A stretch of 64,000 nt of DNA from a virus (taxonomy: Duplodnaviria > Caudoviricetes): positions 96,001 to 160,000 of the IMG/VR virus record IMGVR_UViG_3300026549_000037; one strand, given 5' to 3'. The translations under genes and the position numbers were made by a program. Under the pieces are notes generated by a model. The model was given only the letters and a program-made list of their open reading frames with translations, searched no databases and was not told the DNA's origin. This document shows positions 27,539 to 38,250 of this stretch, in pieces (position 1 is the first letter of the stretch; every line of letters begins with the position of its first letter).

Positions 27539-28060
27539 ATGCTACCAATTCTTGTTATTTTAGCTTGTATAGCCATTCCAATTTGTCTTTATAATTATTT
27601 TGAAGATAAAAATAAAGCCATGGGAAATTCTTTGGCTAACAAAACTCAAAAAATTACTCTTGATGCTATTCGAGCTAAAAGAGATTACGACAAATATTTC
27701 TATGAGGCTAATATTGAAAAATGGAAGCAGTCTAAATTTTATTGCTTTGTTTTAAAAACAATCCATGATGTAGCCAAAAATGGAGAATCTGGTGTAATTA
27801 TTAACTATTTAACAGAAAAAAATGTTATTCTTCCGACAAAAACAATTTATAATAGTTATGGAGAAGCTATTACACCTTCTGGACACACAGTTCTTTTTCG
27901 AGAAATTGATTATCAATTTTCACCTGATGAACTTACTCATTTCTCTGATACTGATGCTCTTGTGACTTACATTGACGGCTTGATTCGATATTTAAAGAGT
28001 GAGCATTTTAACGTCAAAATCCGTCCGAGTTACACCAATTCCATTACAATTTCTTGGTAA
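27539..28060 (+). CDS. membrane-anchored hypothetical protein
   Basis: N-terminal hydrophobic segment, SD. Confidence 0.75.
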   Translation: MLPILVILACIAIPICLYNYFEDKNKAMGNSLANKTQKITLDAIRAKRDYDKYFYEANIEKWKQSKFYCFVLKTIHDVAKNGESGVIINYLTEKNVILPTKTIYNSYGEAITPSGHTVLFREIDYQFSPDELTHFSDTDALVTYIDGLIRYLKSEHFNVKIRPSYTNSITISW

Positions 28061-28326
28061 TTTACAAACTTTTTTATAAAACTCTATTGACAACCTCTTT
28101 TGTTTGTGATATTATTATCATAGAAAATCTAAGGAGGTTACTTTTATGAAGCTTGATATGAGATTTGGATGGTTGATGCTTCGAGTTTTCGCTTTGATTG
28201 TCACAGTATCTTTTCTTTTTAAGAACGGATTTAATTCTACCTTTATCGGTTACTGTGTAGCTTGCATCCTCACTTGGGTGATTGCTCTTAGGTATGAAAA
28301 GAAGATTGCTGTAAAGGAGAATTAAA

Positions 28327-28965
28327 ATGAATAATTGGTATTCCGATGCTTTAAAATATGCCAATCGACTCGCTACTAATTCTGGTGGTTGGAAAGAGGG
28401 AGAACAGGAAGAAGTAGAAAAGGTTCTCTCTTTTATTGGCGGTATGCACGATAAGGCAACAGAAGATTCCGAAGAAGATTCTCTTTACAATGTGTTTGAA
28501 AATGGTTATTGCTACTATTTTGCACAGATTCTAAACTTTGCATTTCCTAATGTCGGTCATGTTGTTTGGGTGCGTAATTATGGGCATATCGTTTGGCAAA
28601 GCTATTCCACCTCTATTTGCTATGATATTAGCGGAATTTATCTTGAATATACAAGCACAGATGATTTAGTTCCTATTGATAGACTCGGACAGCTTTTAAA
28701 AGATTTTAAGCACAATGGCGAAGAATATCGTTGCTACAATTCAGACTTTAAAACTTGGTGCGACAAATATGGGTTTAAACCTATTTTAGCTGTTACTATT
28801 ATTTATAAAAATCTACCAGAGCTTAGCGGAAAAAATTATTCTGCTTGGGACGAACTTTATTACTACATTGAAGATTCGGCAATCAAGTTTTGGGAAGACT
28901 CTAACGCAAACAAAAAAGCTTGTCTTCACTCAATCGAAGCTGAACTTAGAAAGGGTGAATTTTAA
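28327..28965 (+). CDS. hypothetical protein (possible papain-like Cys-His-Asp fold)
   Basis: GYCYYFA...GHIV...YDISG. Confidence 0.6.
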   Translation: MNNWYSDALKYANRLATNSGGWKEGEQEEVEKVLSFIGGMHDKATEDSEEDSLYNVFENGYCYYFAQILNFAFPNVGHVVWVRNYGHIVWQSYSTSICYDISGIYLEYTSTDDLVPIDRLGQLLKDFKHNGEEYRCYNSDFKTWCDKYGFKPILAVTIIYKNLPELSGKNYSAWDELYYYIEDSAIKFWEDSNANKKACLHSIEAELRKGEF

Positions 28966-29315
28966 TGAAACTTTGGGTTGATGATGTGAGGCCAGCACCA
29001 AATATGTATGTCTGGTTAAAAAGTGTTGATGAAGCAAAAGAATGTATTGAATTTCTGGAAGAACATCTTGCGAAAGTTCGTGAGGAACTTCGTCCTTATA
29101 GCGGTAATAATATCGAAATTATCGACATTGACCACGATGCAGGAGATTATGTTAGATTTGGTGGAGACTACATCAAACTCCTTGATTGGCTCGAAGAAAC
29201 TGGTCGCAATTATCCTATCCGTATTCACAGCATGAATCCAGTTGGAGTTCAAAATATGCGAAATATTATTCAGCGTAATAATTGGAAAGAAATTCCTTTT
29301 GAGGGATTTGACTAA
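28965..29315 (+). CDS. cyclic-phosphate-processing receiver-domain protein
   Basis: LWVDDVRPAP, IDIDHDAG, IHSMNPVG. Confidence 0.8.
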   Translation: MKLWVDDVRPAPNMYVWLKSVDEAKECIEFLEEHLAKVREELRPYSGNNIEIIDIDHDAGDYVRFGGDYIKLLDWLEETGRNYPIRIHSMNPVGVQNMRNIIQRNNWKEIPFEGFD

Positions 29316-29328
29316 AAGGAGGATTAAA

Positions 29329-29742
29329 ATGAACAAGCAGACAAACGATTTTATCATTAGCCTTAAGCGTTACACAGAGACCGAAGACCGTTTTGGAGAT
29401 TACTATCTCAACGCAACAGCAGAATATCTTTCTAATATGAGCGGAACTCCTATCGAACATTACAATAAGAGCATTCTTTATAGCTATATTCAGTCTGCCT
29501 TTAAAGACTTCATGTCTACGGCGGATTCTCCTCAGCTTGCCATGTATGATTTCTTCACCTCTTTTAATAATAATGTTAAAAAGTCTTCTGACCCAGACCT
29601 TGTTCTTGCTCACGCCTGTTGTGTAGCTATGGATTTAAGCCAAGTGCGTGAAAAGAAAGATGGTATATGGGTGACAGTAAATGGTTTTCATGTACCTGCT
29701 GACCCCAAGGACGATGAAAATTTATACAAGAAAGGAAATTAA
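29329..29742 (+). CDS. hypothetical protein
   Basis: SD AGGAGG before ATG. Confidence 0.75.
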   Translation: MNKQTNDFIISLKRYTETEDRFGDYYLNATAEYLSNMSGTPIEHYNKSILYSYIQSAFKDFMSTADSPQLAMYDFFTSFNNNVKKSSDPDLVLAHACCVAMDLSQVREKKDGIWVTVNGFHVPADPKDDENLYKKGN

Positions 29743-29744
29743 TT

Positions 29745-30317
29745 GTGAATTATATTGACGCTACCATCGAAATGAAAATCAAAGAAGATGGCAATCCTAA
29801 ATTTGAGATTGTTCTTCCTCATATTGTTGAATGGACTTGTTCTATTGATGCTTCTAATGTAGCCGTTATTCGTAAAGATGGGCAGTATTGGGACACTATT
29901 GACGATTTTTGGAAATTTAAAGACATTATGCGTGATAGTGGCTCACCTTCTCCTTTTAATGCTCCTTATATTCGTGGCGTAAAAAAGCATGATGCTGATT
30001 ATGTTTTTGATGAAGACAAGAGTGTTAAATGGAATCGCAATGCTGTAATTGAATACAATAAGGCAGTAGATTCAATTCAGGCTAAGAACAAAAAGTTCCA
30101 GAAAAATGCAAATGACATCTTCAATTCTTGTGTCATTGCTTGTATGAGTTCTGCTTTTAGGTATGAGGGCCTTAAAATTAACATAGATGAAATTGCGTAT
30201 TTTATTGCTAAGGTTATGGAACGTGATTACGACTTTCCTTATGAATTGATAGACCAAATTGAAAATTATTGCGATTTGTATGCCGAGCTTCTTAAAAAGA
30301 GGGAAAGCCACGCCTGA
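29745..30317 (+). CDS. hypothetical protein
   Basis: VFDEDKSVKWNR motif, GTG start. Confidence 0.75.
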   Translation: MNYIDATIEMKIKEDGNPKFEIVLPHIVEWTCSIDASNVAVIRKDGQYWDTIDDFWKFKDIMRDSGSPSPFNAPYIRGVKKHDADYVFDEDKSVKWNRNAVIEYNKAVDSIQAKNKKFQKNANDIFNSCVIACMSSAFRYEGLKINIDEIAYFIAKVMERDYDFPYELIDQIENYCDLYAELLKKRESHA

Positions 30318-30564
30318 AATTTGTGTAAAATCTATCGTTTTTCGATACAAACGAGGAAGAATATGGAGATAAATACGAAAATTAACTAAAAACCTATTGA
30401 CAACTCCTTTCACCTATGGTATACTAACCATAGTAAATGAAAGGAGTTGTTTTTAATGGAAATTGTTCAGACTTTGGTTCTTGGAGCAATCGTTTTTTAC
30501 GCAAGCTCTAATCTTGGACGCGAAGTTGCTGAGTATCTGAATAAGATTAAGGAGGATAAAAACA

Positions 30565-31017
30565 ATGACTAAGAGAGATAATTACGAAACCCTTTGGAAC
30601 AATCTGCGTCAAATGTTGCGCGAAGAGAGTAGTAGAGAAGGTAAGCAGGTTACTCTGTATAGTGTTCTTCTTTACATGGAAGGAGCAGAGGCAGAGCTCA
30701 AAAAACGTCTGGCAAAGAAGAACTATGACTCTTATGGGCTTTCTTATGTAATGGGACAGATTCGTTACGCTTCCTCTATGGACACAGATTCTCCCTACAC
30801 TTTCAGCGATTGGGCAAGTCTGTATGAAACTGTCCAGAAAGCCAAGAACGAATTTGAAGCAACTCAGATTAAGTGGTCTGATGAACGTAGTAAGTGGATT
30901 TTCCGCAAGACTTCCGCTGAAAAGCGTGGAGATATTCATACGGTTGTTTACAATCCGTATCTCACGCCTAAGATGCAACAGATGCTATGTTACATGGCTG
31001 ATAACGACTTGTTTTAA
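30565..31017 (+). CDS. hypothetical protein
   Basis: SD AAGGAGG. Confidence 0.8.
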   Translation: MTKRDNYETLWNNLRQMLREESSREGKQVTLYSVLLYMEGAEAELKKRLAKKNYDSYGLSYVMGQIRYASSMDTDSPYTFSDWASLYETVQKAKNEFEATQIKWSDERSKWIFRKTSAEKRGDIHTVVYNPYLTPKMQQMLCYMADNDLF

Positions 31018-31073
31018 AACCGATTGCACAAAAAAGCAATTACAAAAAAATTGCACAAAAAGAGCAATCAAAA

Positions 31074-31685
31074 ATGAACAAACTGAACTTAATTAAAAGG
31101 GAGATTTTATTTATGAGCGAATTTAAGAACTGCTATCTATATTCTGATGTTAAGTCTCGCATTATTAGCGGTGGAAACCCTAATGTGATTATTGAATTGG
31201 ATGCGGCTAACAGCATTTATGGCGATGCTGAGTCCTCTTTTATCATTCGTAAAATTTATGATTTTGGAAGCGCGGGAACTTGGATTGCACACAGCGCCGA
31301 TAAGAATGATTCTTCTCACTATTGCTTTGACAAGAAGGCTCAGGAATGGCTTACTGCAAATGAGGATTGGTGGACTGGAAAATGTGGACGAGAAACAGAA
31401 AAGAAATCCCCTTTTGATTCTCGTAAGACAGCACACGCCAATTATTCTATCGACCACGTTATCGAATGTCTGAAAAAGTTTCCGTTTTCTACAGTCGAAA
31501 GAATCTTGTGTCTTTATCGACTTAGAGATAATGGATATTCTCTTGTTTGTTGGAGCACAGTTAGCGGTTGGGTAGCTATTAACTATGATGTTGAAGACGG
31601 CAATCATGCTGATATTAAAGCTTTTTGCGACTGTGACGCTTCCGTTCTTGAAGAGTGCTATAACAGGGGTTATTTCGATGAATAA
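31074..31685 (+). CDS. hypothetical protein
   Basis: ORF; true start probably ~31113. Confidence 0.75.
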   Translation: MNKLNLIKREILFMSEFKNCYLYSDVKSRIISGGNPNVIIELDAANSIYGDAESSFIIRKIYDFGSAGTWIAHSADKNDSSHYCFDKKAQEWLTANEDWWTGKCGRETEKKSPFDSRKTAHANYSIDHVIECLKKFPFSTVERILCLYRLRDNGYSLVCWSTVSGWVAINYDVEDGNHADIKAFCDCDASVLEECYNRGYFDE

Positions 31686-31977
31686 GAAGCATACTGAATG
31701 TGGGATTCCCCATGCTAAAGAACTCATCAAAAAGAAAGCAAATCTAATTCCAGACAATCTTAAAAGAAAAATGGAATCGTTTGTCTTTTGGCTTGATGTG
31801 TGGTATAAAAACGATTCAATCGAATACTTTAGTCATGATGAAAAGGGCTACATTCTTCATGGCTTAAGCAGACCAATTCGAGGGCGTAAAATGGGATGTG
31901 ACAGAGAAATGCCAGAAGATTGCCATGAAGCTGCGGATTGGGTTTTAGATAATTTTGAGTATTATATTTCAGATTAA
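31678..31977 (+). CDS. hypothetical protein
   Basis: Operon-coupled ORF. Confidence 0.65.
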   Translation: MNKKHTECGIPHAKELIKKKANLIPDNLKRKMESFVFWLDVWYKNDSIEYFSHDEKGYILHGLSRPIRGRKMGCDREMPEDCHEAADWVLDNFEYYISD

Positions 31978-31998
31978 ATGTAAATGAGGTAAAAATAA

Positions 31999-32418
31999 AT
32001 GTATCAGATTCGACAAGGAGTATTCGAGACCAATTCTTCCAGTACACATTCCCTTTGCATTTGTACTAAGAAAGAATATGAAGATTTTAAGGATGGCAAG
32101 CTTTCATTTAATCATTATAGAGATAGGCTTGAAGACTGTAATATTCCATCCAACTATATGAATAGAGCAAAGGAATACTACGAAAAAAACAAGACTCGTT
32201 TTATGCTCGATTGGGACAATCTTTCGCCCGAAGACCAAAAAAATTACATGATAAATGAGTTTGATGGAAGTTACGAGGGAGATGGAATTTTTAAAGATAA
32301 CTATACTTTTGAGCAATTTAAAAATGGCTTCGACGGTTTGGAGAGCTATGCTCGCTTTTTCGCTTCCCCTTCTGGCGACGAAATGGTAGCTTTTGGAGTA
32401 TACGGCTATGATGGTTAA
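31999..32418 (+). CDS. FETNSSS-motif protein, paralog 3
   Basis: N-terminus MYQIRQGVFETNSSSTHSLCI; C-terminus VAFGVYGYDG. Confidence 0.8.
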   Translation: MYQIRQGVFETNSSSTHSLCICTKKEYEDFKDGKLSFNHYRDRLEDCNIPSNYMNRAKEYYEKNKTRFMLDWDNLSPEDQKNYMINEFDGSYEGDGIFKDNYTFEQFKNGFDGLESYARFFASPSGDEMVAFGVYGYDG

Positions 32419-32440
32419 AATTAAGTTGAGGTAATTTAAA

Positions 32441-32761
32441 ATGAAAGATGTAATTTATTCTATCCCCATTGATGATTTCATTGACCGTGTAAATGCGGCA
32501 AGTGACGAATATCTTCTTAATAGCAATCTCTGGACTGATAGTAAGTATATCCTTGTAAACGCTTGTCTCAACCTTGAAGACGCTCGTAATATGGGTATGG
32601 ACACGGTTATTTGCGCTATTATAGGTGGCATAAGCAAGTGGTATGCTATGAAGAAGGGTGCAAATGGGCAGCGTGGAGAAGATACTAAGCTATTTTTTTC
32701 TCCTGCTATGTATATTCCTTTCTTTACACTGGTAAAGACTGAGGATGAATTTAAGCCTTAA
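32441..32761 (+). CDS. hypothetical protein
   Basis: SD GAGGT. Confidence 0.7.
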   Translation: MKDVIYSIPIDDFIDRVNAASDEYLLNSNLWTDSKYILVNACLNLEDARNMGMDTVICAIIGGISKWYAMKKGANGQRGEDTKLFFSPAMYIPFFTLVKTEDEFKP

Positions 32762-32849
32762 TTGCACAATAAAATTTTAAAAGTCTCTTGACAATCCTCT
32801 TATAATCCGCTATACTATTTTATAGTAAGAGAAAGGAGAGATTTATAAT

Positions 32850-33071
32850 ATGTTTAAAATTATCTCAAATAAAGCAATAACTTATAGTTGCGTTTGTCCT
32901 GTGTGTAGTAGTTATTTCCTTTTTACTAAAGGTGAGCTTCAATATCAGGACTGTTTTTCAGACCTTGCTTATTTTGATTGTCCGTGTTGTGGGGCTCTCC
33001 TTACTAATGATAAGGCAATGCTCCTTGACAATCGTGACGCAGTACATTATTTTGACGAGGTTGTGTTTTAA
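32850..33071 (+). CDS. Zn-ribbon protein
   Basis: CPVC...CPCCG. Confidence 0.7.
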   Translation: MFKIISNKAITYSCVCPVCSSYFLFTKGELQYQDCFSDLAYFDCPCCGALLTNDKAMLLDNRDAVHYFDEVVF

Positions 33072-33188
33072 ATAAAATATCCTTTTTATGCATTTTTTTA
33101 CTTCTGAAAAATGTTTCCAGAGAAAAATTATTCGCATAAATATACACTAAATAGCATATAAAATGAATTAATATACGAGGTTACTTTT

Positions 33189-33437
33189 ATGAATCCTAAT
33201 GTTTGCGCTGATACAACTACTTTTGGTCAGTATATGAAGAACAATCTGCATCTTTTCTGCATTGGCGATTGCTATGTCAATCTCTTTCCTCACTTTCCCA
33301 AGAACGATGGCAAAGCGTTTGACGACCCTGCGCGAATGTCAATCAAAAACGCTCTCCAAGTCTTTGGAGATAAAAACCTTATTCAAATTAAAATCTATGA
33401 TGGCCGCTTTTATTTTCAGCTCGAAATGAAAGATTGA
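33189..33437 (+). CDS. hypothetical protein
   Basis: SD GAGGT. Confidence 0.65.
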   Translation: MNPNVCADTTTFGQYMKNNLHLFCIGDCYVNLFPHFPKNDGKAFDDPARMSIKNALQVFGDKNLIQIKIYDGRFYFQLEMKD

Positions 33438-33455
33438 CAAAGGAGAATTATTAAA

Positions 33456-33755
33456 ATGCTTTATACCTATAATTTAACACTTGCTGATACGATTCCTTAT
33501 ATGAACAGTTCTGATTACAAAGAACGTTTTATTGGAGAATATTGGCAGACAAGAATCCGTTATGATAAGCTTCATGATATGACCGTAAGATACGAAGCAG
33601 GAAAGCTGAATTTTACTCCTACTTGTTCTTTAGATTTGCTTAAAGAACAGAAGAAGTATATGGGACTGTATCTCAACAAGCTTGAAATTCGTGCATTTCT
33701 TGAAGATATTAACCTTGCAAAGCCACTTATGATTAATAACAATATGGAGGGCTAA
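33456..33755 (+). CDS. crAss001_48-like phage protein
   Basis: SSDYKERF..EY.Q..IRY.KL...LL.EQ...M..YL..L..RA pattern. Confidence 0.7.
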   Translation: MLYTYNLTLADTIPYMNSSDYKERFIGEYWQTRIRYDKLHDMTVRYEAGKLNFTPTCSLDLLKEQKKYMGLYLNKLEIRAFLEDINLAKPLMINNNMEG

Positions 33756-33970
33756 CAAATGCTTACTATAAGCAAGATTTATCGCATTGTCGATGATAAG
33801 AACGACACTCGTATTACAATTGAAAAAGATGGCGACACCTATCGCTGGAAAGTAAAAAACGCTGACGGAGATGAGCTTGGGTTCGTTCTTACTGACCTCA
33901 ATATGTCTGATATTTTTAAGGCTATTAAGGATATGACTAATTTTGTCTGAGAAAAAAGGAGGATAAAACG

Positions 33971-34243
33971 ATGCAGTTTCCTTGCGAATGTTTTGTAATT
34001 GCGTTTGAAAACAAATTCACAAATCAAAATATTACCACATATTTTGTTGGTGTCGATTACGGATTAGTGAATGGATTTGCCGATTTTAAAAACGCAGAAA
34101 CATTTTCAACTGAAATAGAAGCTAAACAATTTTTTGAAAAAAACAAAAATTATATTATGCGTAAAACTCCGTTCTTTGAAACTTATAATCCTCGTATTGT
34201 TCGTGTAACTTTTACAGAGGATTGTAAAACTAAACTTGAATAA
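33971..34243 (+). CDS. hypothetical protein
   Basis: SD AGGAGG. Confidence 0.7.
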   Translation: MQFPCECFVIAFENKFTNQNITTYFVGVDYGLVNGFADFKNAETFSTEIEAKQFFEKNKNYIMRKTPFFETYNPRIVRVTFTEDCKTKLE

Positions 34244-34602
34244 ATTTAAATGAAAAGGATATAAAAAATATGAACAAAACACTTTTGTGGGTATTCTTTT
34301 GATACAACCAACACTAATTTATTTCTTTTGCAAAACTCTCTTTAAAAATTATATAAATCTCTTGACAACCTCTTTAGATTGTGGTATTATAGTGATACTG
34401 AATCTAAGGAGGTTGTTTTTATGAAGATGGAGCTTGGTGCAAAGATTGATTATTTTGGCAATATTTATGAGTACATTGGAAACGAAAACGATTTTGACAG
34501 TAGGATGATTTTCCAATCTGTTAACGATGATTCTTATATTATCTTGACAGAAAAAGATTTCATTGAAGATGATATTCAGATTCTTTAAGGAGTGTATTGG
34601 AA

Positions 34603-35133
34603 ATGAGTAAAATTAGATTCCCTTGTGGTAATTGTAGCTATCTCTCTTGTAATGAAGCCCAGCAGCAAGAAGCAAAAAATGAAGGAATTGACATGAACCA
34701 TTACTGTAAGAAATATAATAAACGTTTATTTTATTATACCTATTCCATCTATTACTCTCCCGAAATTTACGCTTGTGAAGAGTGTAATAACCAAACTTAT
34801 AATACTTATAATAAGCTGGATAAATATATTCGAGAAAAGTTTCGTCGTAGTATGGAAGATGACTCTGCCTTTAAGATTAACTACCCTTCCGCAGAAAAAT
34901 TTCTTGAAATTGTCAAGATGATGAAAAAGGAATCTAACCTTATTGGAAAGAGGTCTATGACTTTCTACGAGAGTGACTTCTATCGTGAGAGACTTGAAGC
35001 AGTTTCTAATCGAATTAAGTTAGACATTGAAGAAGCTATTGAAAATGACAAATCTCTTAAACCTATCCCCAACAAAGCGGCTAAAACAAAAGACTCTATT
35101 TACGAAACATTCATTTATGATGGAGGGAACTAA
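34603..35133 (+). CDS. hypothetical Cys-rich protein
   Basis: CGNC..C...HYC...CEEC. Confidence 0.7.
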   Translation: MSKIRFPCGNCSYLSCNEAQQQEAKNEGIDMNHYCKKYNKRLFYYTYSIYYSPEIYACEECNNQTYNTYNKLDKYIREKFRRSMEDDSAFKINYPSAEKFLEIVKMMKKESNLIGKRSMTFYESDFYRERLEAVSNRIKLDIEEAIENDKSLKPIPNKAAKTKDSIYETFIYDGGN

Positions 35134-35171
35134 TGGAGAAGCATAAATTTTAAAAAGGAGAATGAATATTT

Positions 35172-35648
35172 ATGTCAAAACTGGGTAACGTATATGAACT
35201 GGATTTTAATACAAGGATGAAGAATAAATATCCAGTCGTGTATATCAATGACGAATACATTGTCTGCAAGTGTAATGGTACTAATATCCCTAAAATTTTT
35301 AAGCGTAATGATGGAAGTATTTATACCTACGGAGAAGTGCTTGATTGCGCTATTTTCAAGGCCATGGACAATCCTCTTGAATATAGAAAATTTTATATCA
35401 TTTATGTGCCTCAGAGGACGAATGAAACTTTTTCTGAATTTTTCGTGCAATCAGAAGCAGAAAAGGAACTTGAAAAGGCTCAAAAATTGCTTAACATTGC
35501 TACTTGGAATTTAAATAGGTTTATAAAAGAGCTTGACGAAATTCAAAATAAAATTACTCAAGCTCAGAAAAATGTTGTTGATAGACAGATGATGGTGGAT
35601 AAGTATAAAAAGATTGTTGCAGAAAAGGTATTAAACAAAAATGAGTAA
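35172..35648 (+). CDS. hypothetical protein with C-terminal coiled coil
   Basis: SD AAGGAG. Confidence 0.75.
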   Translation: MSKLGNVYELDFNTRMKNKYPVVYINDEYIVCKCNGTNIPKIFKRNDGSIYTYGEVLDCAIFKAMDNPLEYRKFYIIYVPQRTNETFSEFFVQSEAEKELEKAQKLLNIATWNLNRFIKELDEIQNKITQAQKNVVDRQMMVDKYKKIVAEKVLNKNE

Positions 35649-36069
35649 CCAACATAAGATATTCGCCAATATATTCGTCTATCGTATCCCCGACGCAGTT
35701 GTATATTTTAATGGCAAAATTAAAACTTATAAAGAATTACTTGCATCAGAAAAGTATTTTTCTGTTGATTGGCAGAAAAAGATTTATGAACTACAATATC
35801 TAATAGACGAACTTGTATCGCTCTATGGAAATCCCCCTTCTAATAATCTACGTTTCGATTCTTTAGTTTGGTGCTCAGATAAAGCTTTGATAACTAAAGA
35901 TAGTACTATAGACGAAATTACGGATTCTTTAGCTAACGGAATTTGGTACTGTGTCCCTGAAAGCGGTTTTGATGGACGATATTTTCTTAGTGAAGAAAGT
36001 CAAGATACTTTGAATAATTTGCGCGAATTTGGAGAATTAGAGGAGATTGTAAATGCAGACAATGAATAA
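35641..36069 (+). CDS. hypothetical protein
   Basis: Operon-coupled ORF. Confidence 0.7.
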   Translation: MSNQHKIFANIFVYRIPDAVVYFNGKIKTYKELLASEKYFSVDWQKKIYELQYLIDELVSLYGNPPSNNLRFDSLVWCSDKALITKDSTIDEITDSLANGIWYCVPESGFDGRYFLSEESQDTLNNLREFGELEEIVNADNE

Positions 36070-36433
36070 AAACACTCTTTTCAAAGACGGAGATAATCTC
36101 GATTTGTATTTTTCTACTGCAAGTGAATACATAGTAGATATTAAAGATTTAATTGACTATGTGGAAGGACGTAAGTTTGAGACTATCAAAGAGGTTGGTC
36201 ATGCCTTTGAGGATGGAACTTTTGTAGGCTGGGAATATGCGCGAGACATTGATGTATTTAAGCGTTTGCGTAATATTGGTTGTCGCAGCATTGGGGTGAG
36301 CAACCCCACTAAGCCAGCCCTCTCTGAGCTTGTAGGTTTGATTAACAATGAAGAGTTTTATGGAGTAGTTACTCTTAAAACTCTTTGTGCAGAAAAAGAA
36401 TATATGGATTATGTGCTCAAATGCGGTTATTAA
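36053..36433 (+). CDS. hypothetical protein
   Basis: SD GAGGAG. Confidence 0.7.
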   Translation: MQTMNKNTLFKDGDNLDLYFSTASEYIVDIKDLIDYVEGRKFETIKEVGHAFEDGTFVGWEYARDIDVFKRLRNIGCRSIGVSNPTKPALSELVGLINNEEFYGVVTLKTLCAEKEYMDYVLKCGY

Positions 36434-36511
36434 AAAATAATTTTATAAACCTATTGACAACTTCTTTTCAATTTGGTACAATAACAGTATCAAAGAAAAG
36501 GAGTTGTTTTT

Positions 36512-36829
36512 ATGTCAGCTAAAAAGATTTCTGAAAGATATATTTTTGTTGTTAATGCAACTGACGACAATGGTCATACACAGGACTATTATTTTGAGCC
36601 TTGTTGGGACGGTGGGGCTTCTATGTGGTCTAAGTCTTACAAAGATGCCGACAAAGTTAAAGGGTTTAATTCTTTCGAAGAAGCTGTTGAATGGTGGGAT
36701 ACTCATAAAGACGATTACGAAATTCTTTTTGACAGGTTTACCACCAATAAAAATTCTCTCATTAAGATTGAAACAGTCCATAAAGAGACTGATATGAGCA
36801 AACTTTTCAACAAGCTCTGTACCACTTAA
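36512..36829 (+). CDS. hypothetical protein, paralog-like to 37205
   Basis: YYFEPC...VKGF...EA..WW. Confidence 0.75.
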   Translation: MSAKKISERYIFVVNATDDNGHTQDYYFEPCWDGGASMWSKSYKDADKVKGFNSFEEAVEWWDTHKDDYEILFDRFTTNKNSLIKIETVHKETDMSKLFNKLCTT

Positions 36830-37204
36830 AATTTTTAAGTGAAACAATCATCTCACTTAAAAAAATTAAGTTAGACCCACCCCAAACTTAAAAAAATTAA
36901 GAAAAATGGTAAATAAAATGGAAGTTTTATTTGCTCGTCCTAAAGGAGATAGCTATGAATATTTTTTTCTGCAAATTTCTTGAAAAACTTGTCAATATTT
37001 TTATCGCTGTTGTTATCGGACTTGTTCTTTGTGGTCTGATTGTAGGGGTAGTTGCTCTTTTTGAGTGGAATCTTCCTTTTAGTCCTTACTCTAACATTGT
37101 TATCTTTGTTGTTCTCGTGGCACTTGTTTGGACTATCTTTGATACATTGCATCAGAAATTCTAAGGATGATAGGATTCTTACTGTTGTGAGATAAAGGAG
37201 AATC

Positions 37205-37495
37205 ATGATTAGTAAATATATAATCTATGCTTACACAACCAAGGGTAAATATACCTTTGAGCCTTGTGGTTATAATGAAGCTCAAATGTTTTCAGTTGAT
37301 ATTCGTCCTATTAACAATGTTAAAGGTTTTGAAACAGAAACCGAAGCTATGTTTTGGTTTTCTAAAAATAAAGAAAACTTTAAGGTTTTGTTTAAGAATC
37401 TTAAAGTCGAAAGGGTTCTTGTGAAAGCTGTTTACGAAAGCGCTTTTGAAAAAAGGCATTTCAAGCCTTTAGACTTGAGCTTCATCGTTGATTAA
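37205..37495 (+). CDS. hypothetical protein, paralog-like to 36512
   Basis: YTFEPC...VKGF...EA..WF. Confidence 0.75.
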   Translation: MISKYIIYAYTTKGKYTFEPCGYNEAQMFSVDIRPINNVKGFETETEAMFWFSKNKENFKVLFKNLKVERVLVKAVYESAFEKRHFKPLDLSFIVD

Positions 37496-37700
37496 ATTTA
37501 CACTAATGGCTGCTGACTACAACTCTGAATTCTTGGAGTTGTTTAATGACTGAACATACTGCTCACTGGGAATCTTTGAACTTTAATAGTAAAACTCATC
37601 CTATGGGTATGACCGATGCTTTTTCTATGCCAGCAGAAGAATTTGACGAAATGATGAACAATATTCAATCTATTTAAATTGAAAAAAATGGAGTGATTAT

Positions 37701-38243
37701 ATGATTTGGTATGTTATCGGAAGTGTTCCTCTCATTCTTTTTATTATATATATCGTGAGAGTTTGTAAAGAAGAAACACCATTGGGCGCTGGTTGGATAA
37801 CTCTCGGTATTGCTTCCTTAATCATTTTAGGAATTTTTATTAAATATGTTGGAAGTTTTCTTACTGGTGGCGTCCTTTACCACTTTAAGGGGAACACAGA
37901 AGAATATTCTACATCTTGGAATATTACCGCCATGCAGGACAACCTTAATACCCATGGTAAATTTTATTTCCGCAGTGGATACATTAAAACTGAGTTATAT
38001 TATTATTATGTTTATTCAACTAAGAATGGTTTAAAGAGCGGTTATATTCCAGCTAACAAAACTTATTTAAATTATACAACAGACAAACCCCATATTGAAC
38101 GTTATACTCGTAGATGGAATAAATCTTGGATTAAATGGTTCACTTGTGTTGACGCTCAAGAATATGCTGGAAATGATGTATATTACAAAGCATATGTTCC
38201 CGAAGGTTCTGTTGAACAAAATTTTAATATAAATTTACAGTGA
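37701..38243 (+). CDS. membrane protein (2 TM plus soluble domain)
   Basis: Hydrophobic N-terminus; YVPEGSV C-terminus. Confidence 0.8.
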   Translation: MIWYVIGSVPLILFIIYIVRVCKEETPLGAGWITLGIASLIILGIFIKYVGSFLTGGVLYHFKGNTEEYSTSWNITAMQDNLNTHGKFYFRSGYIKTELYYYYVYSTKNGLKSGYIPANKTYLNYTTDKPHIERYTRRWNKSWIKWFTCVDAQEYAGNDVYYKAYVPEGSVEQNFNINLQ

Positions 38244-38250
38244 GGTTATA

